DNA of 64,000 bases from positions 164,571 to 228,570 of the forward strand of contig JBOEGF010000009.1 in assembly GCA_050633305.1 (NCBI GenBank). Reading direction: 5' to 3'. Below, one piece after another: positions 1-7,468 of the stretch (within the stretch, counting starts at the first letter, position 1; each line of letters starts with the position of its first letter). The translations under genes and the position numbers were made by a program. Source of the DNA: Nannocystales bacterium. Its GTDB lineage: Bacteria > Myxococcota_A > Polyangia > Nannocystales > Nannocystaceae. The notes beneath the pieces were generated by a model, which was not told where the DNA came from, did no database searches, and saw only the letters and a program-made list of their open reading frames with translations.

Positions 1-711
1 ACGGATGAGTCGATAGCCTGCGGACGCGCGTCCCAGCCCGCCTGCCGAGCCGCCCAGCACCAGACCTCCATGGCGGCGTCCACTCACGGACAGCTCCGCA
101 CCACCGCCCGCGAGTCCTCCCGGAGCGGGTGGGCCCAGCGGCCATTGGACGACTCCGCGGAGGGTGAGACCCAGCTCATCACGCGGGGCGGGCGGTGCCT
201 CGGGACTCGAAGGTTCGGCGGGTTGGGTGGGTTGTGAAGAGGGATTCGGGGGTGGCTCTGGTTCCGGCTCTGGTTGCGGTTTGGGCGTGGCCGGTTGCTC
301 GTCTGGCACGGCGACGTTCTGTGCGTCGGCGACCAGCGCGTCCTCTTCGACGCTTGCGATCAAGTTGGAGAGCGTGCTCGCGATCAAACGGGCCGCATCG
401 CCTCCGTCGTGGCTGGCGACGTGCCGGTAGTATCCGCGGCCGTCGGCCAGGATCAACGCCAGACTCCAGCCGCCCTCGACCGGTCGCACCAGCACGTATC
501 CCCAATGCTCAACGCCCGCCCGGGCGTCGGGATTGCCTGCCGGAATGCGAGAGCGGTCGGGGAGTCGGGTTTGCAAAGCCCGGTCGAAGGAGTCGGCGGG
601 GACGCCTTCGATGTCGAGGGCGAGCAGTTCGATGCGGGGGTCCGCGGGGTCGGCCGGGGCGAGATGTGCGAGGGCGACCAGGGACGCGCTGAATACGGGG
701 ACGAGCATCAT
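1..711 (-). CDS. Secreted protein, putative outer-membrane beta-barrel partner of the ECF operon (runs off the window start; absent from the ORF track)
   Basis: Manual translation from ATG at 711 is open to base 1: MMLVPVFSASLVALAHLAPADPADPRIELL..., then a Pro/Glu linker (PKPQPEPEPEPPPNP) and Gly-rich alternating strands (ELGLTLRGVVQW, GAELSVSG, AGYRLIR). The start overlaps the upstream stop (ATGA). Confidence 0.75.
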   Translation of the reverse strand, partial: MMLVPVFSASLVALAHLAPADPADPRIELLALDIEGVPADSFDRALQTRLPDRSRIPAGNPDARAGVEHWGYVLVRPVEGGWSLALILADGRGYYRHVASHDGGDAARLIASTLSNLIASVEEDALVADAQNVAVPDEQPATPKPQPEPEPEPPPNPSSQPTQPAEPSSPEAPPAPRDELGLTLRGVVQWPLGPPAPGGLAGGGAELSVSGRRHGGLVLGGSAGGLGRASAGYRLIR

Positions 712-1412
712 TGAGGCAGGCAAGCCTCGCGTCCCTCATTGTAGGCGCAGTTCGGCAGTTCGTCGCAGATCGGAACACTCAGCACCTCCATACAGGGCAC
801 GCACGCGAGGGCGAAGCACTGTTCCTCGAGCGCCATGCAGCCCTTTGCCTTCTCACAGGGCCCCGGATCGAGCGCGCTGCACTCGGCCTCCTTGGCGCAT
901 TCGCTGGGGATGCAACCCCCGCCTTCCCAGATGCATTCGGGTGCTTCGAACAGACAGGCTTCCTCGCCGCCGACGTTGCACAGATTCACTGTGCATTCTT
1001 CGCCGTTCCACAAGCAACCCGGGAACGCCTCCTCGCAGGCGGGTGCTTCTTTGGGCGTGCAGTCCTCCGGGTCCTCGGTGTCTCCGACGGTCGAGCTCTC
1101 GGTGTCGAGCGCCGTGTCTTCGCTGGTCTCGGTTTCGGTTTCGGTTTCGGTGTCGATGTCGGACGTCGCCGATTCGTCGCTCGTGCTGGACGTGGTGAGC
1201 TCCGGGTCAGGCGTCGTGGAGGCCCGCGTCGTGCTCAACCCATCGCCCGAGGTGGTGGTCGGAAACGTCGGCATCGAAGATCCGTCCGTGTCGTCCGGAC
1301 CTTGCGTCGTGCTCGAGCTGCCCTCGATCGGTCCGACAAAAAAGTCGGCAGTGCACCCGAGGGGGTTCAACACCACGACGAGCAGGGGCACGGTCCGGCA
1401 GCGTCGGATCAT
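708..1412 (-). CDS. Cys-rich lipoprotein with Thr/Ser/Asp linker
   Basis: MIRRCRTVPLLVVVLNPLGC lipobox-like signal, T/S/D/E linker (DTETETETETSEDT), C-terminal Cys repeats (CEEAFPGCLWNGEEC, CLFEAPECIWEGGGC). ATGA coupling at 1409-1412. Confidence 0.8.
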   Translation of the reverse strand: MIRRCRTVPLLVVVLNPLGCTADFFVGPIEGSSSTTQGPDDTDGSSMPTFPTTTSGDGLSTTRASTTPDPELTTSSTSDESATSDIDTETETETETSEDTALDTESSTVGDTEDPEDCTPKEAPACEEAFPGCLWNGEECTVNLCNVGGEEACLFEAPECIWEGGGCIPSECAKEAECSALDPGPCEKAKGCMALEEQCFALACVPCMEVLSVPICDELPNCAYNEGREACLPQ

Positions 1413-2644
1413 GGTGTCTCCTTCTCGCGCGCAGCGGCGAGTTCTCTGTGAGCCTGGGCCCGAAACGAGCCGCGCGGCATCGCTTCGAGATACGCGCTCC
1501 AGCACGCAGCTTTCGTGTCGTCGCCTGCACGCCGGCACAGACCCGCACGGGCGTCGTCGGCGAACCGGCCATCGGGGAAGCGCTTGAGGTAGGCCTTCCA
1601 CAGGGCGACCGAGGACCGCCCTCGTTGTCGCTGCAGGGTAAACAGCTCCCCGTAGGCGCTCTCACCCCAGCTCCCCCGCCCATCGATCGCGATGATCTTG
1701 CGGAACGTCGCCTCGGCCTTGTCGAGTTTGCGCGCTTGCCAGGCCGCATTGGCATCTCGCTCCAGCGCGGCCAGACGTTCTCGCCGAGATGGGGTTCTGG
1801 CCCGCCGCTTGGGACGTGCGTGTTGGACCGGAGCGGGCGACAGCTGGGGCTGGGGCTGGGGTTGCGGAGGCGGCGTGGCCGAAGTGGGATCGGGTCGCGG
1901 GGCGGGCGTCACGGGCTCCACGTTCGAGGCCGCACCGTTGGCCAAGCCGCCGGCGAGTTGGCTCTCCTGTTCGACCGCCGGTCGCGGGGAGAGCATCGCC
2001 TCGTTTGGTGCGTCCCCCTCGGCACTCCACAGCCCACCGCCGAGGTCGAACGCCGTCGCCAGGCCGGCTCCCACTCCGAGCGCAAGCACCAGGCCTGCGG
2101 CGATCGCAATGCCGAAGCCTCCGCGTCGATGGCTTCCTTGGTCCGTCTCGCCCGAGGCGGATCCTCGCCGGACTCGGGCCCGGACGAGTTCGTGGTCAAC
2201 GTGCCCGCGGACATCGCCCACAAAGGTGTCGAGCGCTGGGTCGTGTTGTCCCGTCTTCAGCCGACCCGCATGTTTCAAAGAGATGATGGGCGCGTATTGC
2301 CCCACTTCATCGACGGCGGACTGCGGGATGGTCTCTGGCGCGATGGCATGCGCGCGGCTGACCACGGCGAGAAAGTCGGGCACCGCTTCGTCGGTCGCCA
2401 TCAGATGGGTCGCGACCTCGGAGACGAGTTCGGCGAGCGCTGGGTCGGGCTCGGACAGCGGTTGCTCGGCGGGCTCTTGCTCGGAGGCCAGGCCCTTCTG
2501 CGATAGGCCCCTCTGCGATAGCTCCTGGGCGCGGGCGAGCATGGCCTCGAAGTCTGGCTGAAGCTCGTCCACGGCGACGTCGTGCTCGACCCGGTCGCTG
2601 ACCTCCGCGAGGAAGCCGTCGAGTTCGTTGGAGCGATCGCTCAT
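1409..2644 (-). CDS. Putative transmembrane anti-sigma factor with C-terminal TPR-like domain
   Basis: Start MSDRSNEL overlaps the ECF stop (ATGA at 2641-2644). Single TM (GFGIAIAAGLVLALGVGAGLA), Pro-rich linker, TPR-like tail with WKAYLKRFPDGRFA and WSAYLEAMPRGSFR. Confidence 0.75.
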   Translation of the reverse strand: MSDRSNELDGFLAEVSDRVEHDVAVDELQPDFEAMLARAQELSQRGLSQKGLASEQEPAEQPLSEPDPALAELVSEVATHLMATDEAVPDFLAVVSRAHAIAPETIPQSAVDEVGQYAPIISLKHAGRLKTGQHDPALDTFVGDVRGHVDHELVRARVRRGSASGETDQGSHRRGGFGIAIAAGLVLALGVGAGLATAFDLGGGLWSAEGDAPNEAMLSPRPAVEQESQLAGGLANGAASNVEPVTPAPRPDPTSATPPPQPQPQPQLSPAPVQHARPKRRARTPSRRERLAALERDANAAWQARKLDKAEATFRKIIAIDGRGSWGESAYGELFTLQRQRGRSSVALWKAYLKRFPDGRFADDARAGLCRRAGDDTKAACWSAYLEAMPRGSFRAQAHRELAAAREKETP

Positions 2645-3252
2645 GCGTTCTCCTGTCGCGGTTCCAGCCAGCCCAGTCTCTCCAGCTCGCGCCGGATCCT
2701 CTCTCGGGCCCGAGAGGCTCGGACTGAGAGGTTGCCCGCGGTGATGCCAAGCTTGGCCGCCGCCTCGGCGGGGGTGTTCCCTTGAAGGTCCCGCAACACG
2801 AAGGCCTCTCGAAGGTTCTCCGGGAGCGTCTCGAGGACGGCGTACAGGGCCTCGGTTTTCTTGCGGCTGAGGTGCGCTTGGTCCAACCGAGGCGCCACAC
2901 CGGCGTCGACCGCCGCGTGCATGTTGCGGAGCCTGTCGTGGGCGGTGGCGGTGTTGCGCTGAGACCTCCAATGGTTTCGCACCACGTTGAGCGCGATTCC
3001 GTGCAGCCAGGTTGAGAGCGTGGCGCGACCATCGAAGGAGGGCAGCTTGACCAGCGCCCGGGCGAACGCCTCTTGGACGAGTTCCTCGGTGAGTCCGGCA
3101 TCACCGGTCAGAAACCGTACGTGCCGCACCATCGGGGGGAAGTGTGTGCGGTACAGGACCGCCCACGCTTGCATGTCACCGTTTCGCGCACGCTCAACCA
3201 ACCCCACCTCGTCCGCCTTTGGCGTCGTCGTGTGCGTGGCGTGCGGTTCCAT
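2641..3252 (-). CDS. ECF (sigma-70 group 4) RNA polymerase sigma factor
   Basis: Region 2 (EELVQEAF...FDGRATLSTWLHGIALN) and region 4 (LPENLREAFVLRDLQG...AAAKLGI...RASRAR); 203 aa. Confidence 0.95.
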   Translation of the reverse strand: MEPHATHTTTPKADEVGLVERARNGDMQAWAVLYRTHFPPMVRHVRFLTGDAGLTEELVQEAFARALVKLPSFDGRATLSTWLHGIALNVVRNHWRSQRNTATAHDRLRNMHAAVDAGVAPRLDQAHLSRKKTEALYAVLETLPENLREAFVLRDLQGNTPAEAAAKLGITAGNLSVRASRARERIRRELERLGWLEPRQENA

Positions 3253-3254
3253 CC

Positions 3255-3289
3255 CGAGTCCGTACCCCCTGTCGCCCCTAGATTACAGG
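3255..3289 (-). promoter_or_regulatory. Putative ECF-dependent (autoregulatory) promoter of the sigma operon
   Basis: Minus strand reads CCTGTAATCT-N16-ACGGACTCG-gg-ATG; the same motif and spacing occur on the plus strand at 3342-3376. Confidence 0.65.
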
Positions 3290-3341
3290 GTCCGCCGAGA
3301 AAAGTGGGTGTGCGAGCCGGCCCAAGAAAAGTTGATGTGCG

Positions 3342-3376
3342 CCTGTAATCTCGGCGGTGGTTGGGCAACGGACTCG
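3342..3376 (+). promoter_or_regulatory. Putative ECF-dependent promoter of the acidic lipoprotein gene
   Basis: CCTGTAATCT (3342-3351), N16, ACGGACTCG (3368-3376), 8 nt before ATG 3385. Confidence 0.65.
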
Positions 3377-3384
3377 CCGTACCC

Positions 3385-4137
3385 ATGAAGACGCTTCAGA
3401 TCATCCAAAACCTTGGCCTCGGCTTTTCCCTTCTTGTCGCTCCCCTTGCTGTTGCTTGCGACGTCGAACTCGACGACGACGTCGAAGAGGGTGAGGACGG
3501 GGAAGACGGCGAAGACGAAGAAACCGGCGACGACGGTGCCGAGAGCGACGGCGAGAGCGGCGAAAGCGGCGAGAGCGAAGGCGACGGTGAGAGTGAAGGC
3601 GACGGCGAGAGCGAAGGCGATGGTGAGAGCGAAGGCGACGGCGACGGCGAGAGTGAAGGCGATGGCGAGAGCGAAGGCGACGGTGAGAGTGAAGGCGACG
3701 GCGATGGCGAGTGCGCCGAAGCGTTCGAGATCTGCGAGCTGGAGGAGCTGAGCGAGGAACAGTGCGCAGCCGAGTTCCCCGAGTGTTTCGAGGGCGAGGG
3801 CGAGAGCGACGGCGAGGGAGACGAGTGCGCCGAGGCGCTCGAGATCTGCGAGCTGGAAGAACTCAGCGAAGAGCAATGCGCAGCGGAGTTCCCCGAGTGC
3901 TTCGAGGGCGGTGGCGAAGGCGGCGGCGATGAATGTGCCGAGGCCCTCGAGATTTGCGAGCTGGAGGAGCTGACCGAGGAGCAGTGCGCGGCGGAGTTCC
4001 CCGAGTGCTTCGAGGGCGGCGGCGAAGGCGGCGGCGAAGGCGGTGGCGAAGGCGAGTGCGAGAACATCGGCGCCGTCTGTGAGGAACTCGAGCTGACCGA
4101 AGAGCAATGCGTCAGCGAGTTCCCCGAGTGCTTCTAA
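3385..4137 (+). CDS. Hyper-acidic repeat lipoprotein (GESEGD repeats plus four 4-Cys modules)
   Basis: MKTLQIIQNLGLGFSLLVAPLAVAC lipobox. The mature part has no K, R or H. Tandem ESEGDG repeats, then 4 x ECAEA(F/L)EICELEEL(S/T)EEQCAAEFPECF-like units. Confidence 0.85.
   Translation: MKTLQIIQNLGLGFSLLVAPLAVACDVELDDDVEEGEDGEDGEDEETGDDGAESDGESGESGESEGDGESEGDGESEGDGESEGDGDGESEGDGESEGDGESEGDGDGECAEAFEICELEELSEEQCAAEFPECFEGEGESDGEGDECAEALEICELEELSEEQCAAEFPECFEGGGEGGGDECAEALEICELEELTEEQCAAEFPECFEGGGEGGGEGGGEGECENIGAVCEELELTEEQCVSEFPECF
3571..4134 (+). repeat. Coding tandem repeats: 18-bp GAGAGCGAAGGCGACGGC-type units, then four ~81-bp Cys-module units
   Basis: In-frame repeats visible in the DNA with synonymous third-position variation (e.g. 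GAGTTCCCCGAGTG(T/C)TTC four times). Confidence 0.9.
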
Positions 4138-5258
4138 CGCTTCGGCACTGACTTCGTCGCGACGTCCACCCAGACGAGGTGGTGGTCCGACGGTTCGGCC
4201 CGCACGGTTCGTTCGACCGCTGCGGGCCATTGCACGGCCGACGACAGCACCCGGAGCGTGCGGGACGGGAGGACGTAGTCGACCCGGAGGTTCCCCACGG
4301 TGTCGTCGCTGAAGTCCGCGGTGTCCAATCGCGGGTCCCCGAGGTGGGTTGTGTTGGCCTGCTTCTGCGTTCGGCTTGCGGAGGCCGCGCCCTCAGAGGT
4401 CGGCTTCGGGTCTTGAATTCGTGGATGCGCGAGCAGGGCGGTGATGCCCGCGGGCGCGCCCCCGTCCGTGGGATCCGCATTGAGGTCGCCAAGCACGACG
4501 AAGTGCTCGGCAGCAGGCAGCGTGTCGATGTGGTGGACCCAGAACAGGACCTCGTCCCGGTTGCGGTGTCCATTGCGGTCCTCGGGTCCATCGAACGCCG
4601 GAGGGGTGGGGTGGCTGATCAGCAAATGGACCCGTCCCAACGGCGAACGCACGACGACGTCGCAGTGGTTCTTGGACGATAGTGGTAGCGCGGCCTGAGC
4701 TTGGGGGCTGTAGTAGTCCGCCGGTGCGTCGGTCGACGCGTCGTCGGGCAGCGTGGCCCACGGGAGCGACGCCCAAAGCACGTCGCCGAAGCAACGCGTG
4801 CTCTCGATCGGGAAACGGGAGAGCAAGGCCATGCCGTATTGACCCGGGTATCGGCCAAACCCGCGAGCATCTCCGGGACCGGTCGTGATGCCGTCGCGGT
4901 CCAGGTCGATCCCCGTGGGGTGCCCGGTGTTGCTCGGTGGGACGAAGCGGTGAGGGTAGGGCTGTCCGGGGATCGAGGTCGCGAAGGCTTCGACGGCATC
5001 CGCGTCGATCTCGTTGAGGAGAACGATATCCGGGTGCGCGGCGAGCAGAGCTGCGGCAACGTCGGCGGCCTGGGGGTCTCCTGCGCGGACGGCTGCCGCG
5101 AGGGCACCCCGCTCATCGCGGTACAGCGAGGTGTTGTAGGTCGCGACGCGGAGTCTCAGCTCGGGTGCCGGGTCCGAGCCGCAGGATCCCGCAAGACCCA
5201 AGAGCACCGCGGCCCCAGCGAGCGTCGTCAGCCGCGGAGTTCGGCCAGCGCTCTCCAC
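4134..5258 (-). CDS. Endonuclease/exonuclease/phosphatase (EEP) family lipoprotein; start uncertain
   Basis: LRVATYN, DIVLLNEID, GDLNADP, RVDYVLPS and SDHHLVWVD motifs; LLGLAGSC lipobox. Confidence 0.85.
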   Translation of the reverse strand: MESAGRTPRLTTLAGAAVLLGLAGSCGSDPAPELRLRVATYNTSLYRDERGALAAAVRAGDPQAADVAAALLAAHPDIVLLNEIDADAVEAFATSIPGQPYPHRFVPPSNTGHPTGIDLDRDGITTGPGDARGFGRYPGQYGMALLSRFPIESTRCFGDVLWASLPWATLPDDASTDAPADYYSPQAQAALPLSSKNHCDVVVRSPLGRVHLLISHPTPPAFDGPEDRNGHRNRDEVLFWVHHIDTLPAAEHFVVLGDLNADPTDGGAPAGITALLAHPRIQDPKPTSEGAASASRTQKQANTTHLGDPRLDTADFSDDTVGNLRVDYVLPSRTLRVLSSAVQWPAAVERTVRAEPSDHHLVWVDVATKSVPKR

Positions 5259-5770
5259 AACAACCACGCAACAGCCCAGACGATCGCGAGGTCGGCGAGT
5301 CCCACGTGAACGCCCGACATCGAGAACTCGGCGAAGCTCGAACCTGCATCCATCATGCGAGGGACCGCGTGGAGCACGAGGCCGCCCCACAGCGTTCCGA
5401 CGGCGAGCGCATCGCTGCGGGTCCGCCGACTCCAACGCAGCACGACGATGCCGACCACGGCGGCCACGGCGAGCAGCGCGAGGCCGTAGACCGCGACCAT
5501 TCCCTCGGGGACCGGCAGCTCGAACGGGGTCGCCCCTGCGCGCGCGGTCGGCTGGAGCGACACGTCCCCGACCAGCGCGACCGGCGAGCAGTCGGGGGGC
5601 AACGTCCACACCGCGGTGAGGGCATCGTCCAATGTTGCAGTGGAGTCACAGGCTCCGGCGCGCGCCAGGACCTTGATCCAGCTATCGCAAACACCGATCC
5701 AGGCTCCGAACAGCAGCCCCGACAGGAGGGCGCCGCCTCCCAGGGGGGGGTTGGCATCCGAGTTCGACAT
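5228..5770 (-). CDS. Degenerate signal peptidase II (LspA)-like membrane protein
   Basis: About four TM segments with LspA-like landmarks in order: DSWIK, GATPF, LWGG..H..PR, FAEF, GLADLAI. Confidence 0.6.
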   Translation of the reverse strand: MSNSDANPPLGGGALLSGLLFGAWIGVCDSWIKVLARAGACDSTATLDDALTAVWTLPPDCSPVALVGDVSLQPTARAGATPFELPVPEGMVAVYGLALLAVAAVVGIVVLRWSRRTRSDALAVGTLWGGLVLHAVPRMMDAGSSFAEFSMSGVHVGLADLAIVWAVAWLLWRALAELRG

Positions 5771-5878
5771 GCTCGCGACGCGCAATCGTCCCAGAAATCG
5801 GCCCCCACCACCAGCTGTCCCTGGCCCCCCGGTTCATAGGCCGTTCCCTGTGCGCGTGTGGTGCGGTAGCATCGGGGC

Positions 5879-7198
5879 GTGACGGCCCAAGAGGGCGAAT
5901 CCTCTCCGAAGAGCGATGCCAAGGCCGAGACCCCCAAAGGGGCCTCGAAGAGCCCCGGCGCGCGCGGTCGGCGAGGACGCAGCCGTGTCTCACCCTCCGA
6001 CCCGGGCGATGACGCGAGCGCGCTGGGGATCTACTTCCGCGAAATGGCAGCGGTCTCGGTCATGACTCCGCAGCAGGAGCGTGAGTCGGCGGAGCTGATC
6101 CTCGACGCGCGCACCAAGTACTGGCGGTCGATCTTTTCCTACCCGCCGTTCATCCCAGGCATCGCAACGATCATCAGCGAGACGTTCAACGAGGACGACC
6201 GCCCGCAGGAGCTGCTCGAGAGCATTCAGCGGACCTCTCGCAAGTACCGAGACCGACAGACCCGCGCCAACGAAGACGCGTACGAGCTCGACTGCACGAA
6301 GCTCTCCAGTGACATGGCCAAGCTCGATACCGACGGTATCGCGTGCGAGCCGGTCTACGAGGACCTCTTGGCGATCCTCGAGGGCCGTCGCGATGAGGTC
6401 CGGATCCAAGTGACGCTTCCGCCCTCGGGCTCCGCACCGTTCGCCAAGTACGTCGATCGGGTGCGGCTGGCGGGTGCGAACCTCTGGCGTCGCAAGGATC
6501 AGTTCGTACGCGCCAACCTGCGGTTGGTCGTCACGATGGCACGTCGCTACAACCGCGGCGCACTGCCGCTGCCCGACCTGATCCAAGAGGGCAACATCGG
6601 GCTGATGAAGGCCGTCGATCGCTTTGATCCGGGCCGTGGCTTCCGTTTCAGCACGTACGCCAGCTGGTGGATCCGGCACGCGATCAGCCGCGCGCTCGCC
6701 GACAAGGGCCGCGAAGTTCGCGTGCCCGTCCACATGATCGACGTCTATCACAAGCTCAAGCGCACCCGGCAGCGCTTCGCGACGATGAAGGGCCGCGAGC
6801 CGACCGACGAAGAGCTCTCGTCCGAAGCCGAGGTTCCGATCGAGAAGATCCAGCGGCTTCGGCAGTGTTTGCTCGATGCGGGTCCCAGCCTCGACAGCCC
6901 GGTGTCGGGTGCAGAGGGTCGGACGGTGGGCGATCTGATTGAAGACGAGACCACGCCGCTCCCCGCGGAGATGCTCCAGGCCCGGGCCATGGGGGACAAG
7001 GTTCGCGAGCTGCTCGAGCGTCTTCGTCCCATCGAGGCCGACGTGATCCGCAAGCGCTTCGGGTTGGAGCAGGGCGAGCCGATGACGCTTCGCGAGATCG
7101 GCGAGCAGTATTCGCTTTCCCGAGAGCGGATCCGCCAGCTTCAAGAGCAGGCGCTGATCAAGATCCGTCGGGAGCTACGGCGACAGGACCTGATGTGA
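5879..7198 (+). CDS. Sigma-70 family RNA polymerase sigma factor (RpoD/RpoS-like, lacking region 1.1)
   Basis: Region 1.2 (ALGIYFREM), ANLRLVVTMARRY, DLIQEGNIGLMKAVDRFD, RFSTYASWWIRHAI, TLREIG...SRERIRQ. Confidence 0.95.
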   Translation: MTAQEGESSPKSDAKAETPKGASKSPGARGRRGRSRVSPSDPGDDASALGIYFREMAAVSVMTPQQERESAELILDARTKYWRSIFSYPPFIPGIATIISETFNEDDRPQELLESIQRTSRKYRDRQTRANEDAYELDCTKLSSDMAKLDTDGIACEPVYEDLLAILEGRRDEVRIQVTLPPSGSAPFAKYVDRVRLAGANLWRRKDQFVRANLRLVVTMARRYNRGALPLPDLIQEGNIGLMKAVDRFDPGRGFRFSTYASWWIRHAISRALADKGREVRVPVHMIDVYHKLKRTRQRFATMKGREPTDEELSSEAEVPIEKIQRLRQCLLDAGPSLDSPVSGAEGRTVGDLIEDETTPLPAEMLQARAMGDKVRELLERLRPIEADVIRKRFGLEQGEPMTLREIGEQYSLSRERIRQLQEQALIKIRRELRRQDLM

Positions 7199-7455
7199 CG
7201 GCTCCAAAGCCCTCCCTCGCGCTGTACCACTACTTCGGTTGCCCGTTCTGCACGATGGTCGACCGGGTGGTCCAGCAGCTCGGACTCGAGGTCGAGCGAC
7301 ACGACATCTTGCGAGATCCGGACGCTCGTGCGTCGCTGATCGATGCGACCGGTCGACAGACCGTGCCCGTGTTGAAAATCGGCGACGGAGCGGACGCAAA
7401 GTGGATGCCCGAGAGCCGCGACATCATGCGCTGGCTGCAGCAAGAGTACGGATAG
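7195..7455 (+). CDS. Glutaredoxin-like protein
   Basis: CPFC active site, GRQTVPVL cis-Pro motif, ESRDI; GTGA overlap with the sigma stop. Confidence 0.9.
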   Translation: MTAPKPSLALYHYFGCPFCTMVDRVVQQLGLEVERHDILRDPDARASLIDATGRQTVPVLKIGDGADAKWMPESRDIMRWLQQEYG

Positions 7456-7468
7456 GCGCCGCTGCTGC

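Noticed and set aside
3709..4134. Regularly spaced repeats resembling a CRISPR array
   Set aside because: The repeats are in-frame coding units with similar, non-unique linkers; there is no leader and no cas gene.
3283..4230. Antisense and alternative-frame ORFs over the acidic repeat gene (Ala/Leu-rich 315 aa; Ser/Pro-rich 223 aa)
   Set aside because: They are shadows of the repetitive plus-strand gene, which has the lipobox, promoter motif and synonymous third-position variation.
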